DNA of 64,000 nt from Eledone cirrhosa (taxonomy: Eukaryota). A model generated the notes under the pieces. That model did not search any database. It was not told where the DNA came from and saw only the letters and a program-made list of their open reading frames with translations. This document shows, one piece after another, positions 1-12,177 of this stretch. The DNA lies in contig OZ024741.1 in assembly GCA_964016885.1 (NCBI GenBank), positions 275,838,001-275,902,000 of the forward strand. The letters are read 5' to 3'. A program made the position numbers and the translations under genes. The first letter of the stretch is position 1, and each line of letters starts with the position of its first letter.

Positions 1-3000
1 CGCAAGATGCAATGGACTATGTCAGAAAATTTGGTCGGCCAGATCTCTTCATTACATTTACATGCAATTCAAACAGGTCAGAAATATCAAATGAATTATT
101 TCAAAATCAAAAACCAAAGGATCGACATGACCTCATTGCTCGGGTTTTCCATGAAAAGCAAAAAAAACTCTTCTGGCTCCTAAAAGAGGGAAGAATCTTT
201 GGTGAGCTTAGTGCTTGGATGACCACTATTGAGTGGCAGACGAGAGGTATTCCTCACTCTCACACCCTAATCTGGTACAAGGAGAAGATAAGACCAGATG
301 ATGTTGATAAGATCATTTCAGCAGAGTTGCCTGATAAAGGAGGTGATCCAGAGCTCTTTGAAACCATCAAGTCCAAACTCATTCATGGTCCATGTGGAGT
401 CATCATTCCAGCCTCTCCCTGCATGAAAGATCAAAAATGCAGCACACATTATCCTACAGCTTTTATTCGGGAAACTCGGACTGACAATAGATACCCCCTT
501 TATCGTAGGCGTAGACCAGAACATGGAGGCAATACTGTAAGCCTAACAGTTCGAGGAGAGGAGCTGACCATAAACAATAAGTGGGTCGTCGCACACAACA
601 AATTGTTGTGTAAACTTTTAAAAGCTCATATCAATGTTGAGTATTGCAGCTCCATCAAGGCAATCCTATATGTCACAAAATATATCAACAAGGGCAGTGA
701 CATGGCTACCTTTATTACTGACAAAGAACTCAATGATGGTGGGCTAGATGAGGTAAAACGGTATCAAACAGGTCGATACATCTACAGCAATGAAGCTATC
801 TGGCGAATCTTTGGATTTGATATCCACCAACGCCACCCAACAGTGGTCAACCTCGCAGTCCATCTGGAAAAGGGACAGAGAGTGTACTTCACTGAGATCA
901 CTGTTCATCAGTTGGCACAAGCATCACATGACACTACACTAACTGCTTTCTTTAAACTCTGCCAGAATGATGAATTTGCTCGACCCCTCCTATATGCTGA
1001 AGTCCCAACATACTACACCTGGACCAATTGCAAGACCTGGAATCGAAGGAAGCAGGGTCATTTAGTGGAAGGTGTTTACAATGTCCATCCCAACAACAGA
1101 GAATGTTTTTATTTATGGCTACTTCTGCATATTGTTCGAGGACCAACGTCATTTGAGGATCTTAGGTGCTTCAGAGGAAGGGAGTGCGCAACATACCAAG
1201 AAGCATGTAAACAGCATGGACTCCTGCATGACAATGGACACTGAAAGAAGTGCCTAGAAGAAACAGCAATCATTCAAGTAGCCAGTCAAATAAGACAATT
1301 ATTTGTTATTATGCTCACAGCATGTGGAATTGAAGCTCATCTACTCTGGCAGGAGTACAAAAACAATATGTCAGACGACTATCTACACCTAGCCCGAAGA
1401 CATCATGACAATATGTATATGGAATATACCCCCAGGATTTACAATCAAGCTCTCTGTGACCTGTCCCATCGAGTTCAGGCAATAAATATCACATTAGCTA
1501 ACTGCGGGATGCCAGAGCCAGATGAAGAAATGGAGGTAGCACAAGACATTTTTCAGGAGACAAACTACGATATTCAAGCATTGCGTAAGTTTGTGGATGA
1601 AAATGAACCTCGATTGATAGATGACCAGAAATACGCCTACCACAACATCATTGAAAACATTCAAAATGACAGGGCAGGACTTTTCTTCATCGATGCTCCT
1701 GCTGGCACAGGCAAGACATTCCTCATAAACCTCCTGCTTGCAAAAGTTCACCAAAAACAACATATTGTCCTTGCTGTGGCTTCAAGTGGCATTGCAGCAA
1801 CACTTCTGGATGGAGGAAGAACTGCATACTCCATGTTTAAGCTGCCCATAGATCTCACACAGCATGAACAATCTTTTTGCAACATCAAGAACTCACCCAA
1901 GGGCAAGCTTCTGCAAACATGCAAGATGATAATTTGGGATGAACCTACTATGAGCCATAAAGGAGCAATTGAAGCTTTGGACCGGACGATAAGGGATCTG
2001 AGAGAAAATAGTTGCATAATGGAAGGAGTGACAATGGTTCTTGCTGATGATTTCAGACAAACACTGCCTGTAATTCTTCGAGGGACTCGAGCTGATCAGG
2101 TCATTGCCTGTCTGAAAACATCCTATCTCTGGCCCCACTTTCAGCTGCTGAGCCTTACAACCAACATGCGAGTGCACTTAACTGGTGACGAAGGTGTCAG
2201 TGAGTTTGCCATCCAACTACTTAAATTGGGAAATGGACTTCTTGAAAAGGACTCCAATGACCATATTCAGTTGTCATTTGGCCATATCATTGACACAGAA
2301 CAAGAACTGATTACCAGAGTGTTTCCAAACATTCAGACTAGGCAATGTGATCCGAAATGGCTCTGTGAACGAGCAATCTTGGTACCTAAAAATGTTGCTG
2401 TGAAAGAAATCAACAGAAGGCTGCTGGAGATGTTACCGGGAGAGAAAATATGCTACAAATCAGTTGACACAATCACTTCTCAAGACCAGGTTGTAAACTA
2501 TCCAACTGAATTTTTGAACAATCTTGAACAAGCCGGAATTCCTCCACACAACCTGATACTGAAGCTTGGAGCATCGGTTATGTTACTTCGCAATCTGGAT
2601 CCTCCAAAACTTTGTAATGGCACAAGACTCATCATCAAAAATATGATGTCCAATGTTTTAGAAGTTGCAATCATGTCAGGAAAATTTGCTGGTGACAATT
2701 GTTTCATTCCCAAAATACCTCTGAATCCAACTGATTTGCCATTTGAATTTCAAAGACTTCAATTTCCGATCAGGCTCAGTTTTGCCATGACCATTAATAA
2801 ATCTCAAGGGCAATCATTGAAAGTCGTTGGGTTGAATCTGGCAGATCCTGTCTTTTCACATGGTCAACTCTATGTTGGCACAACAAGGGTTGGGAACCCT
2901 GATTGTCTCGTCATTGTGGCACCACAAGGCAAAACCAAGAATGTTTTTATCCAGAGGCTTTGGAATGAGCAATGTTGTAATTCTTCATGCAATGACACAG

Positions 3001-3105
3001 ATCCTAATTCCTTAGTCATGTAGTTTGCAAGGAATTCTGAAGCCGCAAATTTACTGCGGTGTTACTTTGGAAGAATATGCAGGCATTCCCGGGTACCTCT
3101 GCTAT
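1..3105 (+). mobile_element. Helitron, autonomous-type (Rep/HUH + PIF1 helicase), 5' part outside window
   Basis: Rep motifs PDLFITFTCN, IEWQTRGIPHSH (HUH) and YVTKYINKG; helicase motifs DAPAGTGKT, IIWDE, DFRQTLPV, FAMTINKSQGQS, FSHGQLYV. Degenerate 3' terminus GGCATTCCCGGGTACCTCTGCTAT near 3082-3105 (CTAG expected). Confidence 0.95.
12..3023 (+). pseudogene. Helitron RepHel coding region, disrupted
   Basis: ORFs 12-1244 and 1311-3023 are in the same frame, separated by one TGA (1242-1244) where Trp is typical (H*KKCLEE). Probable frameshift near 2945 (KNV then YPEAL in another frame). Confidence 0.9.
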
Positions 3106-4034
3106 ATAAAGTAGTATAAGTGAGGACTTTGTTGGGTAGAAATAGAAGCTAAATTTCCTTCAAATCCCACCTTACTTTCTCAGCTATGTATATATGTATG
3201 AAGTAAAAAGGAATGGTTCTATGTGATAACTCGATCTACTAGAAATATTAGCAAAATCCATTTCAAATCACAAACAACTGTCTTACACACATACATGTGT
3301 GTGTATGTATCTATGTATGTCATGTGAGCCACTATAACTGTTGGTATAGCTAATAGAAATAGAAAACAAATCTCCCTCAAACAAGATCCTACTGCCATAG
3401 AAGCAAAGATTGGTGAAAGCTACAGTGTACAAATTTAAATACACTTTCCCCGAATTACAGAAATGAGTAAGTAAATGCTTCAAACCAATGCTAAATTTAT
3501 TTTCTTATTTTATTTATGGTTTTTAAAATAGTCTTGACATGTTGTTTGAATTTCAGAGGTTCAGATATTGAGCCAAAAAAAAAAAAAAAAAAAAAAAAAA
3601 AGAAAGAAAAGGATAAATAAAAATAATCTAAATGTATTTTTTTTTCGTCATGCCCTTTTCACTGACAACATACCTAATGATTCATATATGAGTAAAGCAT
3701 TATATATGCTGACTGTAATAGGGAGCAGTATTCAAAACATCACCACTGGAAAAAACTAATATTTAACGGCAATAAATATTCTGCTATAATTCCTACTTTG
3801 GTTAAAATTCAGCAATCATATTTGAATGGTCAAATATTTTGTAATGTGTGCCAAATATATTGTAACTTTAATAAAATATATATATATATATATCATCATC
3901 ATCACCGTTTTACGTCCGTTCTTCCATGCTAGCATGGGTTATGTATGTAAAAGGTAAACAGAAATAACAACACAATTGGTACAGTATATGGAAGGGATAT
4001 ATTAAGGTTAACGCTTGATATAGCAGGAAGAGGG

Positions 4035-4070
4035 TCTTAACGTTTCGGACGCTAGTCTTTCATCAGAAGA
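4035..4070 (-). ncRNA. Minimal hammerhead ribozyme motif in a Penelope-like terminal repeat fragment (about 3945-4260)
   Basis: Minus strand TCTT-CTGATGA-AAGAC-TAGC-GTCC-GAAA-CG-TT-AAGA; stem I TCTT/AAGA, palindromic ACGT stem III. Same family at 43294-43329 (+) and flank at 41735-41845. Confidence 0.6.
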
Positions 4071-4259
4071 AAGAATGAGAAATAAGATAGATTAAGGGGA
4101 CGGGTGGGATGGAATTGGAAAAAATGTCTTTAGATAAAAATAACAGGTCCATTCATGTTGACATCTTTTGCAAAACTATTTATGTAAGTTTATCCCAGGT
4201 TCAATCGGGGGTAACCTCAGTAAGTAAGGTAGCCAATACAAAGCAGAGTATAAATATTT

Positions 4260-4375
4260 AATGTAGAAAGGCTTCTACAGGACTAGAACTGTTTCTTTCT
4301 CGAGAAATCATCAGAGCATCCTGATGATTTCTCTGGAATTAAACAGTTCTAGTCCTGTAGAACCCTTTCTACATT
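4260..4375. repeat. Imperfect palindrome of about 115 bp with degenerate CTGATGA...GAAA cores pointing outward
   Basis: AATGTAGAAAGG...GGACTAGAACTGTTT and AAACAGTTCTAGTCC...CCTTTCTACATT are reverse complements. Confidence 0.8.
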
Positions 4376-5009
4376 ATATATTTATATGTGTGTGTGTGTG
4401 TATTAACTCTTAACATCCTGTAAGGACTCAGCAGAAAATATCTAAAAACGTAGTAAAAGACTGATAATTTATGTTAAAAGACGGTACAATGCGGTTGAAA
4501 AATACAAAGGGCAAATGACAAATAAAGCAAAACAAAGTAATGTTTTACCCAGTGTATTTTAACATGATATTTCAAGGCTAATACCCTCTCCACTGCATTA
4601 ATCTAAAAACGTGTTTGTAAAGTCAAATGTCTATAATACCTTTACTTGTTTAGAGAGGGTTGTGAAAATTTACAGTATTATAGTAAAGAGTTCAATATTT
4701 AATGTGATGCAGTCAGGCTCGTCTAATTCACAGAAATTCTAAGATGGGGTGTCAGTATGTCAGCAAGGGTGCACCATTTAAAAGTAGGTGGAGCAGTGCT
4801 ATTCAATTTGCTACCCTCCTCACTTGGAGAAGGGCCTGGATACAGTCATAGTGTTGCTTTCGCCTTGTCAAGAATGTCTTGTTAATGGGGTTACATGTGG
4901 TAGAGGATGTTAGGAGTTATTAGTAGTCTACTTATGTAAAGCAGGATTTCAAAGTTAGAACTCAATGCATCTATGATAAATATATATATAGAAGCAATTA
5001 AAATGTAGG

Positions 5010-6032
<1,023 letters not shown>

Positions 6033-6069
6033 TTATCCCGTTAGTAAAATAAGTTGGATTACTTTGAAT

Positions 6070-6252
6070 AAATGTTTCTACTTTTGGCACAAGGCCAGCA
6101 ATTATTCCAGTGTATTACTGCTACTTTATTTATCGACCCCATAAGGATGAAAGGCAAAGTTAACCTCTGCGGGATTTGATCTCACACCATAAAGGGCCGT
6201 AACTCTTTGCTGCAAAGCATGAAGTTCAACCCTCTACCGATACTGCCAAACA
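6070..6252 (-). mobile_element. tRNA-derived SINE family A
   Basis: Reverse complement of the copy at 8121-8307; partial copy also at 6398-6470. Confidence 0.8.
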
Positions 6253-6665
6253 TAAATATTCTTACATATAATGATTGCATATTTTAAGATTCACTTCTTT
6301 TAACATTTTCAAACGTCAATACTTCCGGTTATGATATAATGTCCGCTATATCACATCATTTATATAAACGTTTATATATTTCCATCATTATATCATAATT
6401 GTTTCTACATTTGGCACAAAGCCAGCAATTATCCCAGTGTATTACTGGTACTTTATTTTATCGACCCCTTCATTTCACTGTAATGCAGTTTATATATAAT
6501 ATTGTCTTTTTTAAATGTATCATGGATTACTTTACTGATTCCAGAAGACAGTGTAACACAGTCTCTCTTCAATTTCTGTGCATATTGTCATTTACCATTT
6601 TATTAGACATATCATAACTACATGCATATATATTTGCGTATAATATCAATACGCACACTACACAT

Positions 6666-6705
6666 ACTAGCAGAAAACCACCTGAAGGGTGGTTTTTCTG
6701 CTAGT
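6666..6705. repeat. 40-bp palindrome with Helitron-like CTAG ends on both strands
   Basis: ACTAGCAGAAAACCACCTGAAGGGTGGTTTTTCTGCTAGT; near-identical to 11040-11078. Confidence 0.8.
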
Positions 6706-6711
6706 AATAAT

Positions 6712-6900
6712 AATGGTTTCTGATTTAGGCACAAGGTCAAACATTTTGGGGGAGGTGGAAAGTTGATGAAATCAACCCTAGTGTGTTACTGGTACTTCAT
6801 TTTATCGACTCTGAAAGGATGAAAGGCAAAGCTAACTTCAGTGGAATTAGAACTCAGAACGGGAAGGGACATAACTGTAGAGTATGTTGTCCGACACAGG
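6712..6900 (-). mobile_element. SINE family A, diverged copy
   Basis: GGCACAAGG...TTTATCGAC...GGATGAAAGGCAAAG...GAACTCAG diagnostic blocks. Confidence 0.7.
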
Positions 6901-7004
6901 TGAAACTCCAAAGAAACAAGACTCATCACTTAACCATTATAAAGAATATTTAAACTCTACTTCGATTTTCAATACTCATTCTCACGTCCATCAATAACAC
7001 ACAG

Positions 7005-7088
<84 letters not shown>

Positions 7089-8085
7089 CTAAGAATGTAG
7101 GCTTCACATGTAGTAGCTGTGCTGGGACAGTAAGCAGCAAACAGCCACAGGAAAAAAGTACCACCAAACTCTGGGAGGGCTCTGTAGAAACAGTAGACAG
7201 CTTCTGCTACCTAGGTGACCGAATTAGCAGCGGAGGTGGGTGTTCGGAAAGTACAATAACTAGGGTAAGAACGGGATGGAAGAAGTTCAGGGAGCTACTG
7301 CCACTGTTAGCTGCAAAAGGCTTTTCTCTCAAAATGAAAGGCAGACTGTATGATGTGTGTATCCGAACAGCAATGTTACATGGTACTGAGACCTGGGCGC
7401 TGTCTGTGGAAGACTTGCGTAGATTAGAAAGAAATGAAGCCTGTATGTTCCGATGGATGTGTAATAGTAATATACGCGAACGGCAAAGCATAAATGAATT
7501 GAGAGAGAGACTGAGCATAAGAGGAATCAAATGATGTGTGCAGGAGAGGCAGTTGCATTGGTATGGACATGTGATGCGTATGAAGGATGACAGCTGCATA
7601 AAAATTTGCAGAGCACTAAAAGTCGATGGAAGCCGCGGAGTGGGGAGACCCAAGAAGACCTGGGATGAGGTGATAAAAGTCGACCTTACCCAATTACACC
7701 TCTCAAAGGCGATGACACACGACTGTGACCTTTGGCGAGACGCATTAATACAGAAGACCCGACCCCCCCATGGGTACAAGCCAAAGCAGAAGCATATAGA
7801 CAATATGCCCCCACCCCTCCCACTGCAAAGTGGTCGTGGAGGTGCCATGGCAAAAAAGCACCCAGCCAAGTGTAAAGTGGATGTGCAGATGCCACGAAAA
7901 AAGGCACTTGGCACTCACTGTAAATGAGGTTGGTGTTAGGAAGGGCATCCAGCTGTAGAAATCAAGCCAGAATCAGTTCCTGTATGAGTAAGACAAGGTC
8001 AGCCGACCAGCTACTGCCCACAACAGGACAACCCGTCTAACCCATGCTAGCGTGGAAGAACAGACGTAAAACGGTGATGATGAGA
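7089..8085 (+). mobile_element. 5'-truncated RTE LINE with 3' UTR and (GAT)n tail
   Basis: ETVDSFCYLGD...GWKKFRELLPLL...LHWYGHVMR...GRPKKTW; in-frame stop at 7532; starts right after a (TG)n(TA)n tract. Confidence 0.9.
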
Positions 8086-8120
8086 TATATATATATACAT
8101 GGTCATTATCATAACTACTA

Positions 8121-8307
8121 GGGCGGTGGATTGGCAGTATCGGTAGAGGGTCGGACGCCATGCTTTCCAGCATAGTTACGTCCCTTTACGATCTGAGTTC
8201 AAATCCCGCCGAGGTTGACTTTGCCTTTCATCCTTACGGGGTCGATAAAATAAAGTACCAGTAATGCACTGGGTAATTGCTGGCCTTGTGCTTAAAGTAG
8301 AAACAAT
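8121..8307 (+). mobile_element. tRNA-derived SINE family A (clearest copy)
   Basis: A-box TGGCAGTATCGG, B-box GAGTTCAAATCC, central GTTGACTTTGCCTTTCATCCTTACGGGGTCGATAAAATAAAGTACCAG, tail GTAGAAACAATTAT. Confidence 0.85.
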
Positions 8308-8354
8308 TATCATAACTACTAAAGTGTTAGGGCTATAGAAATTGAAATACTCAC

Positions 8355-8422
8355 CTCTCCAAATGAATAGTAGACTGTGGCAAAATAACTGAAGGCATAA
8401 TAATGGTTGATAAAGAGGAAGA
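8355..8422 (-). CDS. TEX261: TEX261 coding exon 4 (68 nt)
   Basis: TTTATTTACAG| (V)FLFINHYYAFSYFATVYYSFGE |GTGAGT; conserved NHY.AF motif; phases fit exons 3 and 5. Confidence 0.93.
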
Positions 8423-8571
8423 CTGTAAATAAATAAATATGATTAACATTTAGTGATATTAGGGATATATTAAACATGAAATAGTGTGATATTAAGGATT
8501 TATGAAACTGGATACAGTGTGGTAATAGGGGTTTATCAAACATGGTATATAATAGTATTAGGTGTTTATCA

Positions 8572-9260
8572 AACAGATGCTCTCTTCTTAGTGAGACAAC
8601 TACAAGAGTGGTTCTTAGAGAAGAATAAGCTACTATATTTAGCTTTTGCTGACCTAGAGAAGGCCTTTGATAGAGTACCCCTATTTGTCATCTGATGGTC
8701 CCTAAGGAAACTAGGTGTAGAGGAATGGCTTGTGAGGACAGTGCAAGCTATGTACAGAGCAGCTGTCTGTAAAGTAAGAGTAAGAATGGAGTTTAGTGAG
8801 GAATTCCAGATTCATGTAGGAGTTCATCAGGGTTCGGTCTTCAGCCCACTCTTATTCATTATATAACTCCAAGCCATAACAAAGGAGTTTAAGACTGGCT
8901 GCCCATGGGAATTTCTCTATGCTGACGACCTGGTACTTATAGCAGAATCAGTAGAGGAGCTAGAGAATAAATTCTGGCTGTAGAAACAGCAGTTTCCACC
9001 AGGGAAATGGTCATGCTCGATATGTAGAAAAGGAGATGGCATAAACTCTATAGAATGTACACAATGCAAATCTTGGGTACACAAGAGGTGTTGTGGGATA
9101 GCAGCCAAACTAACAGGAAAGGAAAACTTCATATGTAGTAGATGTTCAGGGAAAATTGATAGTAGCAGTGTTAGTGAGAGGCACATTTTTCAAACGCAGG
9201 TAGGATCTATAGAGGTGGTTGATAGCTTCTGATATCTAGACTAGGTGATCAGATTAGCCA
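8572..9260 (+). mobile_element. RTE LINE internal fragment (family B), decayed
   Basis: TDALFLVRQLQE...DLEKAFDRVP...GCPWEFLYADD with stops and a deletion; similar to 53580-54330. Confidence 0.85.
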
Positions 9261-9326
9261 CAGAACAACTGACAAACCCTTCAATATGTCCAACAAAAAA
9301 CTAAGAGATGGAAAGAGTTGACTTAC

Positions 9327-9480
9327 CAATTGATGCTATAAAAGTAGGTGAGCTCAAAACAAAATATGGAAAATTCTTTAGAAGTAAGAAATGTATGAGG
9401 CAAGATAGGAAGCCAAACAGTATCATCATGAAAGGAAACTCTTCAAACAGCAACAGACATAAATATACAGATGTAGTGGC
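9327..9480 (-). CDS. TEX261: TEX261 coding exon 3 (154 nt)
   Basis: (CT)nATTGTAG| ATTSVYLCLLLFEEFPFMMILFGFLSCLIHFLLLKNFPYFVLSSPTFIASI+G |GTAAGT; FE.FP and FP...L.SP.FI motifs; not in the supplied ORF track. Confidence 0.93.
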
Positions 9481-9550
9481 CTACAATAGAGAGAGAGAGA
9501 GAGAGGGAGTAGTGATATAAGACATACATAAACAGGTGTAGTGGCCTACA

Positions 9551-9587
<37 letters not shown>

Positions 9588-9692
9588 CAGTGATATATGA
9601 CATAAATATACAGATGTAGTGACCTACAATATATATATATAGAGAGAGAGGCAGTGATATATGACATAAATATACAGATGTAGAGACCTACA

Positions 9693-9725
<33 letters not shown>

Positions 9726-10076
9726 CAGTGATAAATGACAAATATACAGATGTGGTGGCCTACAATAGAGAGAGGCAGTGATATATAACATAAATATACA
9801 GATGTGGTGGCCCACAATATATATATATAGAGAGAGAGAGAGGCAGTGATATATGACATGAATATACAGGTGTAGTGGCCTACAATAGAGAGAGAGTAAT
9901 TATATAAGATATATGATATATACAGATGTAGTGGCCTTCAATAGAGTGAGAAAGTAGTGATATATGACATAAACATACAGATGTGGTGGCCTACAAGAGA
10001 GAGAGATAGGCAGTGATATATGACATAAATATACAGATGTAGTGGCCTACAATAGAGAGAATAATTATATAAGATA
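9455..10076 (-). repeat. Tandem array of the exon 3 intron/exon junction, proximal block (about 10 units)
   Basis: Minus-strand unit (CT)nATTGTAG|GCCACTACATCTGTATATTTATGTC ATATATCACTGC, about 52-78 bp with variable (CT)n. Confidence 0.9.
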
Positions 10077-11572
10077 CTAGCAGCAGGACCCGGCGTTGCA
10101 CGGGGTAGGAAACATGAAATAGCAACACGCATATGAAAAGATTAAGGAATGTAGCTGTGTACTTTTTGAATTCCCTTATTCTCAGGGAATGATTGAGGAG
10201 CGACATAGTCAATTGTGTGAAAACCAAGTAGGGATGTACGTTTAAGTAGGGATATTGAGATGACGAAATCAGCGTGGCAATGCAGCTGCAGCAGAAGGGG
10301 GTCATAGTGCAATTAACACAAACACTGGGTGGCACTGGTTGCACTGCGTTTACACAGCAACAAAGGTGCGATAAAAGGGGTCACTGCGGAATTAGCACAA
10401 CGTACTTGTGCAGGGCGTTCATACTGCGGTGTAGGTGCAACAAAAGGGGTCTTAGTAGAAGTAGCACAGACGTGAGTTTTATGGTGTCAATAACACGGCA
10501 ACGTACACAGGCCCCGGATTTGCGCGTGATGAAAGCATGACGCATCAACAGGGCGCCGACAAAAGTTTTAAGGTCATCCTCATTTCCTCAATCCCCCGAA
10601 AATGGTCCTGCTTAAAAGTAAGTAAGTGTTGTGTCTTCTGTTAAATAAACCAAATCTTTAACGAAATATCATATTCTACTTACGATGTTTAAGTAGCGTT
10701 TATATTGAAAATTAAAATAGCATGTAATGCCCAATGTTAATTCGTAAATTTCTTAGAAACCATTAATGGAATCGGAAAGTGTTTTTGTCCACAGCAATGC
10801 GAGGGGACTAACTAATGTGTGCTGTAAATTTTGAAGAAATCGGCTGGATTATCTTTAAGTTACGCCTCAAAAAAGCCTAAAAAATGTGGTTTTTCGCCTA
10901 ATGTGGGCACTTGGGCAGAAAAAGTTTTAAATGTTTTTAGCCCATTGCACATAAAAATTTGAAAAAACAGGTCGGGTACTTCTCGAGTTTTAGGAATTTA
11001 CACAGACAGACAGGCATCCTCTGTTTTATATATATGGAGACTAGCAGAAAACCACCCAGGGGGCGGTTTTCTGCTAGTCTATATATCTAAAACAGAGAAT
11101 GTCTGTCTGTCTGTCAGCTCACTAAAACTTGAGAACCATCCAACCGATTGTTTTCAAACTTTAGACATGTAATACTTATGGTCCTGTGAGTGTTTTGAGC
11201 AAAAATTATTTCAAATTTTCAATGCCCTAGGGACCGCATTAGGGGATTTAGCGTTCTCTCTATATAATTCTTAGTCTTTCTTTTTAGATAGATACATAGA
11301 TATAACGTTGCGCCCTTATAATATCTGTCTGCATTACGTCATTATGATGCCCTCAGCGCGATTCCCTCGGCTTCAGTGACCAAAGTTAGTGGAGAGGGGA
11401 AGGTAATGTTTCTGTAGCACGTGTTTTAGCGTCTATTCACTCTCTCTCTCTCCCTCCCGCTATCCCCCTCTCGTAGTTTGTCTCTTTCTTTCACTCTCAC
11501 TCTCTCTCTACGCACGTGTTTCCACTGTCGGACAGACAGACAGAGAAATTGCTGGTTATATATATAAGTAGA
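10077..11572 (-). mobile_element. Composite non-autonomous Helitron inserted at A|T without TSD
   Basis: 5' TCTACTTATATATATAA...(TCTG)n at 11572; 3' CCCGTGCAACGCCGGGTCCTGCTGCTAG ending at 10077. Joining flanks restores AAGATATAAGTGAT, as in the intact array unit near 11710. Confidence 0.8.
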
Positions 11573-11975
11573 TAAGTGATATATACAGGTGTAGTGGCCT
11601 ATAATATAGTGAGGAGCAGTGAAATATGACATGAATATACAGATGTAGTGGCCTACATAACATAAATATACAGATGTGATGGCCTACAATAGAGAGAGAG
11701 TAATTATATAAGATATAAGTGATTATACAGGTGTAGTGGCTTACAATATAATGAGGGAGCAGTGATATATGACATGAATATACAGATGTAGTGGCCTACA
11801 ATAGAGTGAGAGAGTAGTGTTATATGACAGAAATATACAGATGTAGTGGCCTACAATAGAGTGAGAAAGTAGTGATATATGACATAAATATACAGATGTA
11901 GTGACCTACAATATAGTGAAGGAGCAGTGATATATGACATGTATATACAGATGTAGTGACCTACAATAGAGTGAG
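11573..11975 (-). repeat. Tandem array of the exon 3 junction, distal block (about 8 units)
   Basis: Same unit with shorter pyrimidine tracts (CTCACTCT); ends in unique sequence TTCTGTATATTCCTCACTCTATTGTAG|GTCACT. Confidence 0.9.
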
Positions 11976-12177
11976 GAATATACAGAACTAGAACTATTTC
12001 ATTTGAAATTAAGAGGACTTTCTGCAACCGTTCTAGTCCCATTGAAGTTATTTCTAACTGAAATAATATATTACATATACATTCAAGAAGAGAAACCTTG
12101 TATGTAGAAGATGCTCAGGAGTAACTGAGGGGAAGAACTCCAGTGATAAAACCTTTTCCAGTTAGAGGAACAGCCCA

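Noticed and set aside
3110-5000. TEX261 terminal coding exon
   Set aside because: No minus-strand segment resembling the expected basic C-terminal tail was found by eye.
8121-8210. tRNA genes at A-box/B-box motifs (also 25291, 52088, 46185)
   Set aside because: No complete cloverleaf; each continues into a multi-copy SINE body.
9455-11975. Conserved repeat with variable spacers resembling a CRISPR array
   Set aside because: Spacers are only variable (GA)n/(TA)n lengths, there are no cas genes, the DNA is eukaryotic, and the unit is the exon 3 junction.
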